Assembly (NCBI GenBank): GCA_030390025.1
Contig: CM059432.1
Location: 87,050,001-87,114,000, forward strand
Origin: Squalus acanthias
Lineage: Eukaryota
Direction of reading: 5' to 3'
DNA length: 64,000 bases
Shown here one piece after another: positions 12,457 to 23,364 of this stretch (positions within the stretch are counted from its first letter, which is position 1; each line of letters opens with the position of its first letter). The notes under the pieces are model-generated. The model did no database searches, had not been told where the DNA came from, and saw only the letters and a list, made by a program, of their open reading frames with translations. A program made the translations under genes and the position numbers.

Positions 12457-15400
12457 CTGGAGAGAGAGAGACTGGAGAGAGAGAGAGAGACTGGAGAGAG
12501 AGAGAGAGACTGGAGAGAGAGAGAGAGACTGGAGAGAGAGAGCGAGACTGGAGAGAGAGAGAGACTGGAGAGAGAGAGTGAGAGACTGGAGAGAGAGAGA
12601 GAGACTGGAGAGAGAGAGAGAGAGACTGGAGAGAGAGAGGGAGAGACTGCGGAGAGAGAGAGAGACTGGAGAGAGAGAGACTGGAGAGAGAGAGACTGGA
12701 GAGAGAGACTGGAGAGAGAGAGAGAGCTGGAGAGAGAGAAAGAGACTGGAGAGAGAGAAAGGCTGGAGAGAGAGAGAGAGAGACTGGAGAGAGAGAGAGA
12801 GACTGGAGAGAGAGACTGGAGAGAGTGACTGGAGAGAGAGAGAGAGACTGCGGAGAGAGAGAGACTGGAGAGAGAGAGACTGGAGAGAGAGAGTGAGACT
12901 GGAGAGAGAGAGAGAGACTGGAGAGAGAGAGAGAGATACTGGAGAGAGAGAGAGAGACTGGAGAGAGAGAGTGAGACTGGAGAGAGAGAGGGAGAGACTG
13001 GGGAGAGAGAGAGAGACTGGAGAGAGAGAGAGAGACTGGAGAGAGAGAGACTGGGGAGAGAGAGAGAGACTGGAGAGAGGAAAGAGAGAGAGAGAGAGAC
13101 TGGAGAGAGAGAGAGACTGGAGAGAGAGAAAGACTGGAGAGAGAGAGACTGGAGAGAGAGAGACTGCAGAGAGAGAGAGAGAGAGACTGGAGAGAGAGAG
13201 AGAGACTGGAGAGAGAGAGAGAGACTGGAGAGAGAGAGAGAGACTGGAGAGAGATGGAGAGAGACTGGGGTGAGAGAGACTGGAGAGAGAGAGAGAGACT
13301 GGGGAGAGAGAGAGACTGGAGAGATAGAAAGACTGGAGAGAGAGAGAGAGAGAGACTGGAGAGAGAGAGAGAGAGACTGGAGAGAGAGAGAGAAAGAGAG
13401 AGAGAGCGAGAGACTGGAGAGAGTGACTGGAGAGAGAGAGAGAGACTGCGGAGAGAGAGGGACTGGAGAGAGAGAGAGACTGGGGAGAGAGAGAAAGACT
13501 GGAGAGAGGAAAGAGAGAGAGAGAGAGAGACTGGGGAGAGAGAGAGATTGGAGAGACAGAGAGAGACTGGGAGAGAGAGAAAGACTGGAGAGAGAGAGAC
13601 TGGAGAGAGAGAGACTGGAGAGAGAGAGAGACTGGGGAGAGAGAGAAAGACTGGAGAGAGAGAGACTGGAGAGAGAGAGAGAGAGACTGGAGAGAGAGAG
13701 AGAGACTGGAGAGAGTGAAAGAGACTGGAGAGAGAGAAAGTCTGGAGAGAGAGATAGAGAGACTGGAGAGAGAGAGACTGGAGAGAGAGAGAGAGAGACT
13801 GGAGAGAGAGAGAGAGACTGGAGAGAGAGAGAGAGAGAGACTGGAGAGAGAGAGAGAGACTGGGGAGAGAGAGAGACTGGAGAGAGAGAGAGACTGGAGA
13901 GAGAGAGAGAGGACTGGAGAGAGTGAGAGAGACTGGAGAGAGAGAGAGACTGGAGAGAGAGAGAGAGAGAGACTGGAGAGAGAGAGCGAGACTGGAGAGA
14001 GAGAGAGACTGGCGAGAGAGAGACAGACTGGATAGAGAGAGAGACTGGAGAGTGAGAGAGAGACTGGAGAGAGAGAGAGAGACTGGAGAGAGAGAGAGAC
14101 TGGAGAGAGAGAGAGAGACTGGAGAGAGAGAGAGAGACTGGAGAGAGAGAGAGAGACTGGAGAGAGAGAGAGACTGGAGAGAGAGAGAGACTGGAGAGAG
14201 AGAGAGAGACTGGGAGAGAGAGAGAGAGACTGGGAGAGAGAGACTGGAGAGAGAGAGAGACTGGAGAGAGAGAGACTGGAGAGAGAGAGAGACTGGAGAG
14301 AGAGAGAGAGGACTGGAGAGAGAGAGAGAGAGACTGGAGAGAGAGAGAGAGACTGAGAGAGAGAGAGAGAGACTGGAGAGAGAGAGAGACTGGAGAGAGA
14401 GAGTGAGACTGGAGAGAGAGAGGGAGAGTCTGGGTAGAGAGAGAGAGACTGGAGAGAGAGAGACTGGAGAGAGAGACTGGAGAGAGAGAGAGAGCCTGGA
14501 GAGAGAGAAAGAGACTGGATAGAGAGAAAGGCTGGAGAGAGAGAGAGAGAGACTGGAGAGAGAGAGAGAGACTGGAGAGAGAGAGACTGAGAGAGACTGG
14601 AGAGAGAGAGAGACTGGAGAGAGAGAGAGAGACTGGAGAGAGAGAGAGAGAGACTGGAGAGAGAGAGAGAGAGAGACTGGAGAGAGACTGGAGAGAGTGA
14701 GAGAGAGACTGGAGAGAGAGAGAGAGACTGCAGAGAGAGAGAGAGTGTAAAGTGAGAGACTGGGGAGAGAGAGTGACTGGAGAGAGAGAGACTGGAGAGA
14801 GAGAGAGAGACTGGAGAGAGAGAGAGACTGGAGAGAGAGAGAGAGACTGGAGAGAGAGACAGACTGGAGAGAGAGAGAGCGAGAGAGACTGGAGAGAGAG
14901 AGAGAGACTGGAGAGAGTGAGAGAGAGACTGGAGAGAGCGAGAGAGACTGGAGAGAGAGAGAGACTGGAGAGAGAGAGAGAGACTGGAGAGAGAGAAAGA
15001 CTGGAGAGAGAGAGAGACTGGAGAGAGAGAAAGACTGGAGAGAGAGAGAGAGAGACTGGAGAGAGAGAGAGAGACTGGAGAGAGAGAGACGGGGGAGAAA
15101 GAGAGACTGGAGAGAGAGAAAGACTGGAGAGAGAGAGACTGGAGAGAGAGAGAGACTGGAGAGAGTGAAAGACTGGAGAGAGAGAGTGAGACTGGAGAGA
15201 GAGAGAGAGACTGGAGAGAGAGTGAGACTGGAGAGAGAGAAAGACTGGAGAGAGAGAGAGAGACTGGAGAGAGAGAGAGAGACTGGAGAGAGAGAGAGAG
15301 ACTGGAGAGAGAGAGAGAGACTGGAGAGAGAGAGAGAGAGACTGGAGAGAGAGAGAGACTGGAGAGAGAGAAAGACTGGAGAGAGAGAGAGAGACTGGAG

Positions 15401-17775
15401 AGAGAGAGAGAGAGACTGGAGAGAGAGAGAGACTGGAGAGAGAGAAAGACTGGAGAGAGAGAGAAAGACTGGAGAGAGAGAGAGACTGGAGAGAGAGACT
15501 GGAGAGAGAGAGAGAGCCTGGAGAGAGAGAAAGAGACTGGAGAGAGAGAAAGGCTGGAGAGAAAGAGAGAGAGACTGGAGAGAGAGAGAGAGACTGGAGA
15601 GAGAGAGAGACTGGAGAGAGAGAGAGACTGGAGAGAGAGACTGGAGAGAGTGAGAGAGAGAGACTGGAGAGAGAGAGAGAGACTGGAGAGAGAGAGAGTG
15701 TAAAGAGAGAGACTGGGGAGAGAGAGTGACTGGAGAGAGAGAGACTGGAGAGAGAGAGAGAGACTGGAGAGAGAGAGAGACTGGAGAGAGAGAGAGACTG
15801 GAGAGAGAGAGAGAGAGAGAGACTGGAGAGAGAGAGAGAGACTGGAGAGAGAGAAAGACTGGAGAGAGAGAGAGACTGGAGAGAGAGAAAGACTGGAGAG
15901 AGAGAGAGAGAGACTGGAGAGAGAGAGAGAGACTGGAGAGAGAGAGACGGGGGAGAAAGAGAGACTGGAGAGAGAGAAAGACTGGAGAGAGAGAGACTGG
16001 AGAGAGAGAGAGACTGGAGAGAGTGAAAGACTGGAGAGAGAGAGTGAGACTGGAGAGAGAGAGAGAGACTGGAGAGAGAGTGAGACTGGAGAGAGAGAAA
16101 GACTGGAGAGAGAGAGAGAGACTGGAGAGAGAGAGAGAGACTGGAGAGAGAGAGAGAGACTGGAGAGAGAGAGAGAGACTGGAGAGAGAGAGAGAGAGAC
16201 TGGAGAGAGAGAGAGACTGGAGAGAGAGAAAGACTGGAGAGAGAGAGAGACTGGAGAGAGAGACTGGAGAGAGAGAGAGAGCCTGGAGAGAGAGAAAGAG
16301 ACTGGAGAGAGAGAAAGGCTGGAGAGAAAGAGAGAGAGACTGGAGAGAGAGAGAGAGACTGGAGAGAGAGAGAGACTGGAGAGAGAGAGAGACTGGAGAG
16401 AGAGACTGGAGAGAGTGAGAGAGAGAGACTGGAGAGAGAGAGAGAGACTGGAGAGAGAGAGAGAGTGTAAAGAGAGAGACTGGGGAGAGAGAGTGACTGG
16501 AGAGAGAGAGACTGGAGAGAGAGAGAGAGACTGGAGAGAGAGAGAGACTGGAGAGAGAGAGAGACTGGAGAGAGAGAGAGAGAGAGAGACTGGAGAGAGA
16601 GAGAGAGACTGGAGAGAGTGAGAGAGAGAGACTGGAGAGAGCGAGAGAGACTGGAGAATGAGAGAGAGACTGGAGAGAGAGAGAGACTGGAGAGAGAGAA
16701 AGACTGGAGAGAGAGAGAGAGAGACTGGAGAGAGAGAGAGACTGGAGAGAGAGAGACGGGGGAGAAAGAGAGACTGGAGAGAGAGAAAGACTGGAGAGAG
16801 AGAGACTGGAGAGAGAGGGCGACTGGACAGAGAGAGAGAGACTGGAGAGAGAGAGACGGGGGAGAAAGAGAGACTGGAGAGAGAGAAAGACTGGAGAGAG
16901 AGACTGGAGAGAGAGAGAGACTGGAGAGAGAGAGAGACTGGAGAGAGTGAATGACTGGAGAGAGAGAGTGAGACTGGAGAGAGAGAGAGAGGCTGGAGAG
17001 AGAGTAAGACTGGAGAGAGAGAATGACTGGAGAGAGAGAGAGAGACTGGAGAGAGAGAGAGAGACTGGAGAGAGAGAGACTGGAGAGAGAGAGAGAGACT
17101 GGAGAGAGAGAGAGACTGGAGAGAGAGAGAGACTGGAGAGAGAGAGAGAGAGAGAGACTGGAGAGAGAGAGAGAGACTGGAGAGAGTGAGAGAGAGAGAC
17201 TGGAGAGAGCGAGAGAGACTGGAGAGAGAGAGAGACTGGAGAGAGAGAGAGACTGGAGAGAGAGAAAGACTGGAGAGAGAGAGAGAGAGAGACTGGAGAG
17301 AGAGAGAGACTGGAGAGAGAGAGACGGGGGAGAAAGAGAGACTGGAGAGAGAGAAAGACTGGAGAGAGAGAGACTGGAGAGAGAGGGCGACTGGACAGAG
17401 AGAGAGAGACTGGAGAGAGAGAGACGGGGGAGAAAGAGAGACTGGAGAGAGAGAAAGACTGGAGAGAGAGACTGGAGAGAGAGAGAGACTGGAGAGAGAG
17501 AGAGACTGGAGAGAGTGAATGACTGGAGAGAGAGAGTGAGACTGGAGAGAGAGAGAGAGGCTGGAGAGAGAGTAAGACTGGAGAGAGAGAATGACTGGAG
17601 AGAGAGAGAGAGACTGGAGAGAGAGAGAGAGACTGGAGAGAGAGAGAGAGAGACTGGAGAGAGAGAGAGACAGGAGAGAGAGAGAGAGACTGGAGAGAGA
17701 GAGAGAGACTGGAGAGAGAGAGAGACTGGGAGAGTGGAAGAGAGATGGGGGGAGAGAGAGACTGGGGGAGAGAGA
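5530..17775. repeat. Polypurine compound microsatellite/satellite, unit approximately (GA)n-CTG, 12.2 kb
   Basis: Continuous GAGAGAGAGACTG-type units with variable GA number and recurring diagnostic variants. Confidence 0.98.
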
Positions 17776-19199
17776 TTCCTTGCACTTTTTACAATAGCGA
17801 TAATTCAAAATGTTTAACATCCACCAACAGGGCCTCATTTAATCGTTTCTCTTAAAATCTGCAGGCAGTGATCGCTCAGGATTGCACTGTGCTGGGACAC
17901 TAAGGGCATTCAATTAATTGCGAACAGCTTAGTGGAACTGTGTCTGATATGAGCACCTTCATTATCACAAGAGCACAAATAGGAAAGCATTGTCAAGAAG
18001 CGTTTCTCTTAAGAGGGAAAGAATTCTGCTCATTTTTCAACATTGACAGGATTTCAATATTTTTTAATTGGGAGGAAAGTTCTCTCCTGAATCGACACTG
18101 ATTCTCTGCTTTTCCTTTTGCTCGGATGTTCTTTGCAGAGAGACATTTTATTTTATCTGTCGTTCTATAGTCCGAACAAGTCCCAGGAATAATGTAAATA
18201 TAGATTTCCTCTTAAATGTTTAGTGAAGTGTTAATAGTAACAAGAGTTATGTAATGATGTATAAAAATTGCAGGAAGCTACTTTAGAAGAAACCATTATT
18301 TGCTTATTGAGAAAGACACAGATAATGTACAATTTTGATTTGGTATAAATGTTTGAAATAGGACATTAAAAATTGAGAGTACAATGAAGTTTGTTTCCCG
18401 CTATTTAATTGCGAAGTACCTAAAATAATTCAACACTTTTCGTGATAACAGCAGGGATTAATATTGTGGAGAATGTTTGAGCGAAAAACATTAGAAGTGA
18501 AATTCGTAAATTAACATCTTTACGTCACCATTTTAGTAAACATTTCCAAGTCAGTCTGATTGGTTCTCCTGTCCTGGAAGAAAGATGAATGTTTATTTCT
18601 GTTAAATCACAGCTTTTCCTGCTTTTAAAAAAAAATTTGGTGACGCAAATTGTGTATGTGTTTTTCTGCACTTGTGAATAAGTGCTGCATTTCTGACATG
18701 TTACATGGGGGGTGTGCTGGTTCAAGAAGTGATTGAAGTTGAAAATACGGATACCTATTCTTGTTCAATTGTTGAATTCTTTTTAAAGTGTGAACTAAAG
18801 AACTACAGCACTTTATGTTTGGTTGTCTGGTTGCATTGTGATTAATATTCTAATCACTTATGTGGACGTACAGCACGTCAGCGCCATAGGAAAGCCACTG
18901 CTCCTGTTGCTTGTGCAGCCATTGGTATAGTGACATGAGGGATGGGCTAACACGTTGAAAACTTTAAAATTAATAATAATTGCACGAATAGATATGCCTC
19001 TTTCAGCTCACCTTGGGCTTTTGGATTGTTTGTCGATGCACAACCGTGTAACTGAGTGACGTTTCTGAAGTGTTAATGTATTATTATGCAGTTCTTTTAT
19101 AGCCCAGTCATTTCTGACAAGTAATTTTTTTTAAATAGAGTTTGTACATGACGAACTAAAAGTTTTTAATTAATTCTACCAGAAACAAACTTGCAGAAT

Positions 19200-19452
19200 A
19201 GGCATGGAAATGACAAATTAATTTCAATATGAGTGTGAGGTGGGAGGAATAAGGAGGCGACCTACTCCTTGGAAAATAAGAATCTAAATGGGGTAGAGGT
19301 GCGAAGGGATCGAGGGGTATAGATTCACAAATCATTAAAAGTAGCAACGCAGGTTAAAAAAGCCATAAAAGTGCAAATAAAGCACTGGGGTTCAGTTCTA
19401 GAGGAATAGAATTCAAAAGCAGAGCAGTTATGTTGAACCTGTATTGAGCCTT
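19200..19452 (+). mobile_element. CR1 LINE fragment (C-terminal RT region) inside the hAT-like element
   Basis: Degenerate IHKSLKVATQVKKAIK... and RGIEFKSRAVMLNLY, homologous to the CR1 at about 43915-44175. Confidence 0.75.
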
Positions 19453-19629
19453 GTCTGATTGTCTCATGATTTGAGACGGGGTGGCAGTATTGCATTACTG
19501 CATATATGCTTTTAAGTGGTTGCTGTTGTTGTTGTAAAAGTTGTTGTAAACTTTGCCCACGGACGAAAAGGTCGCACTCAAAGGAGTTCATGGCCCGCTC
19601 AGTACAAAAAAAAATTAGAGGAAACATTG

Positions 19630-19942
19630 CCTACAACCCTCCGAGATATCTGTGCTTCTCTAATTCTGGCCTCTTGAGCATCCCCGCTTTTAATCGTTCC
19701 ACCATTGGTGGCTGTGCCTTCAGCTGCCAAGGCCCTAAGCTCTGGAATTCCCTCCCTAAACCACTCTGCTTCTCTTTCCCCCCTTAAGATGCTCCTTAAA
19801 AGCTGCCTCTTTGACCAGATCTGCTCTAATATCTCCTTATGTGGCTCAGTGTCAAAGTTTGTTTGAAAACGCTCCTGTCAAGCACCTTGGGACGTTTTAT
19901 TACGTTAAAGACGCTATATAAATACAAGTTGTTGCTGTTGTT
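19630..19942 (+). mobile_element. L2-clade LINE, 3' part with (GTT)n tail
   Basis: Encodes IGGCAFSCQGPKLWNSLP. The 3' UTR and GTT tail match 36130-36434. Continues the fragment ending at 5180. Confidence 0.9.
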
Positions 19943-20789
19943 GAGAACGTTCACAGCCGCTTTGCCTGAGGTGCCTTGAGGCAATTTTCCAGCTGAAGAA
20001 TAACTTGATCATCAAGGTTCAATGGTCTTAGTCTGGGTAAAGCTTCGGGCCTTTCGAAAGGCCTCAACACAACAGTATTCGCACCAACCCTTATCTGGCA
20101 AGAGTTCTACTGAGGTCTTATAAAGGCAGAATGAGCTGAATTTCCAGAGTATCCTGGTAATTCCCCAAAACACACCGCCTTGTTGTAAGGGGTTGGCTGG
20201 TGGAGCAGCCTATTCCCTCCCTACCAATCTGCAAGGAACAGTGGAACCCCAGAAGAACCAGGTTCTGCCTCAAAATCCAGCTGCTGACGGGGGAAATCGA
20301 CCACTCTTTGTCCTTGGGTCTAACTGGAATTTTGAGCCGACTATTTTCCTCCCTTTACTTTTCTTCTCTGGCTGCTTTTAACATTTTATTTTGCTTTCTC
20401 TGTTCCGTTCCTTTCTATGGTTGATGTTCCTTTTCTTTTTTTTTAAAACATTCTTTTTTCTGAGCCCCTGCTGGTGCTGAGACAATGTTCCCACTGCAGT
20501 AAATGGCTGCTGAGGCTGTGTGAAGATATGCTGATCTCTGTACATTTTAGCGAATCATGATAGTTATTTTGGAAGTTTGCTGCAGCCATGAAACGACTGC
20601 TACTGGATATTTGCTAGAATTTTCTCTCTTACCTATTTATGGCCAAAATTTCTACAGAATATGGGAGTTTTGTAGAGATGACTACACAACATATCAAAGT
20701 AGAAAATGGTCTCTTTGTTCTTACTGTTCCTAATATTATTCCAGCACGCTGATATAAAACTCTACTGAAAGCTCACTAAAATGATCTTG

Positions 20790-21060
20790 TGAATGGTAAA
20801 TGTGAAGCCACCTGGTATGGTATTGAGTCCTATCAAGTGTCAGACTTCCAGGTACATTCTAGTTAGTTGATCTCAAGTGGGAGTGATTGCTACAACTGGC
20901 CTGCGGAAGGGGAGCAATCTGCAAGGATATCCACTCCTGATCAATGTCCAGTGATGCCTGTTGAAAATGCTCATGTGTGTATGTGAGAGGAGGACACTGT
21001 CAGACTTGTCTGTGTGGTTGAATGGACTGCGATGGCCTGTGCGTTATTTATTGACTAAGC
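20790..21060 (+). mobile_element. Old SINE-like repeat, degenerate
   Basis: Shares TTAG(T/C)TGATCTCA and CTCCTGATCA-type blocks with 27820-28115 and, on the reverse strand, 62590-62850. Confidence 0.35.
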
Positions 21061-21129
21061 TTGTCCATGAAGAATGTCTACTCGGAAGGGTGCTGCCTTT
21101 ACCTTGCCAGAGATGCTCACATCCTGAGA

Positions 21130-22400
21130 ATGCATTAAAAAAAATCTGGGTTTCATACATAGGGGCATTGAGTATAAAACCAAGGACGTGATGTTGAATT
21201 TCCAAATAACCTTGGTTGGACCACAATTGGACTATTGCATGGAGTTCTGGACTTCTGGACGCTGCATTAAAAGGATATTAAAGCCATAGAAAGGGTACAT
21301 TGAAGATTCTACAGAATTATACCAGGACTAAGTGGCTATAATTATGCAGAAAAGCTTGAAATATTGGGGCATTTTTCCACTGGAACGGAGAAAGTTAAGG
21401 GGAGATCTAAAAGCATTTTTTTAAATTATGAAAGGTTTACATACAAATGTATGAAAAGAAGGATGTGAAAAGACCCATCTAGACATGGGGCAACCATATA
21501 CATTAAAGACTACACTAACCACACCATGTTCTAGGAGAGAGAAAACAAATCTCACCAATTCAGGAAAACTCAAGCAAAGCTGCAGGAGACCATGCTCGTC
21601 CACACTCCTCATAATCCCAGATAATTAGCAACTTGACCTCTCCACTCAGGAATGATCAAGTTCCTTTTAAAAGACTGTAGAAAATCCATACCCACCGCAT
21701 ACTTCAGTAGTCTGTTCCAGAGGGAAATGATTGCCTACAACAATAAATACTTCCTGGAATCTAAACTAACTTTGTCCCTAGGGTATTATATACATGAAAG
21801 GTGAGGGCGGCGGAGCCGGATTAAGAATTTTTCGGGTCCTCCGCATCCCCTGCACAACTCCCCCATCCATTAAAACACAAACGCCTCGTAAAATGCTTGA
21901 AGAAATCGGCCCGTAGAATGTTTATACACTGCATTAATAATAAAGCAAGTCATATCACAATATACTATATTTAAATGAAACAGATCCAGAAGTTGTATGC
22001 AGTTTTTCTGAATTAAGGTGAGCATGACCGGGGAGCCCCATATTTGTCTGGGCCCCTGGGCACGGGCCCAGTAGGTCTGGGTATTAATCTGCCCCTGGAG
22101 GTTGGAGGCATAGATTCAGGATTAACACTAGAAGAGTAAAGGAGGTAGTTAGAAGATTTTTTTTTCCACACAGTGGGTTATTAGAAATTGGAGTTCTTTA
22201 TCACAACTGGTTATTGAGGCAGAGGCTGTAACATCATTTAAAAGGGAATTGGATAAGAATTTTAAAAGGAATATATGAAAGGGTATAAGGAAGCAGATTA
22301 GAGCAGATAGCTCCAGTTAAAGAGCTAGCATTGGCACTGGTACCGGCACAGCTATAACAAACTAATGGCCTCCTTCTATGCTATAAATTCTATTATAATA
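21130..22400 (+). mobile_element. Degenerate CR1 3' fragments with nested insertions
   Basis: LVGPQLDYCMEFW-like remnant near 21210 and CR1 3' UTR-like end (ATGGCCTCCTTCTATG...) near 22370. An inverted CR1-like piece lies at about 21620-21780. Confidence 0.55.
21811..22097. mobile_element. Small hAT-like MITE
   Basis: Termini CGGAGCCGGATTAA and reverse complement CAGGGGCAGATTAA (10/14). 8-bp flanks GAGGGCGG and GAGGTTGG (6/8). Confidence 0.5.
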
Positions 22401-23364
22401 TGTATCGTATGTGGGAATTGATCACATAATAACAAGTGAAAGATGCTTCCAGGCCAAATGAACCATGGAGGTAGAAATATAAATAGCCTTTATAATAAAT
22501 TATTAAGACAGCATTTATACTGTAACCGTAGCTCTAGTGCAAAATGTTTTTGCTTTGCAGCAAAGCTAAAGTTGTCGTGTAAATCAGAGGTCAGGGCATG
22601 ACCTGACTCTGGAGTGACGTGGAGTGAGGCTTTCTGGAAGTCATGTTAGGCTCTGACTGGATTTACTTGGCATCAGTGCAAAGCGAAACTACTTCATACC
22701 AATGCTACAGTTGTAGTCTAAATGAATCCTAAAAATAAAGATTTGAGAGTTACATATATATAACAATAAGAAATAATCAGATATCCTTCATACATGTACA
22801 AACACATAGACCACACTTGGTGTAGCACATACTTGCTTGAGTATATGCAGTGAAACTTGAGTTTTGAAGGATACCAGAGTGCCCAGTTGTATGCAGCTCC
22901 TTTAATCTGGCAAGCATTAGTGAGACAATATTTAATGTACTTCATTCATGCTGTCCAAGTATGCATAAACAACAGCATTAAACCCATTTTGGAAGTCAGA
23001 CTGCAGGGGGATTTACTCAGCAAATGACCTTTGCTATATCTGACCTGGAAATGCTTGATGCTGACACTGCCAAAAAGTAGAAAAGTCTTCCATTCCCGAG
23101 CACTGACTTTTTGGAGCAGAAAGTATTAATTTTTCCTCCTCCCTTTTCCCCTCTCCAAAAAAGCTTAGGGATTAAAACTCGTGCTACAGATATGCACCTG
23201 GATCAGAGGAGCATTAAAAAGAACTATACATTTACAGTAAGAGTGGCTCATGGGTCTTGTCTTACCTGGTTGGTCCTTAACGTGTTTGATGTGTAAATAT
23301 TTAAAGAAGTGCTCCTTTGGCACAGTGGGTCTCTCAGTATTGTTCTTTAAAGGAGCTGGAGGTT

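Larger units (their letters stand above)
5181..19629. mobile_element. hAT-like non-autonomous DNA transposon (14.4 kb) containing a giant satellite
   Basis: Termini CACTGTTACCCCTAA and TTAGAGGAAACATTG (reverse complement CAATGTTTCCTCTAA) match 12/15. Flanked by 8-bp direct repeats CCCACAAC (5173-5180) and CCTACAAC (19630-19637). The two flanks rejoin into continuous L2 sequence. Confidence 0.8.

Noticed and set aside
5530..17775. CRISPR-like repeat/spacer array
   Set aside because: There are no unique spacers and no cas genes, and the context is eukaryotic.
5429..17838. Giant ORFs (3906, 2021 and 1787 aa of SL/ER repeats)
   Set aside because: These are translation artefacts of a stop-poor GA/TC satellite, open in several frames on both strands.
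17776..19150. hAT transposase remnant within the large element
   Set aside because: No recognisable transposase motifs were found by eye. A TBLASTN search is needed to exclude a very decayed ORF.
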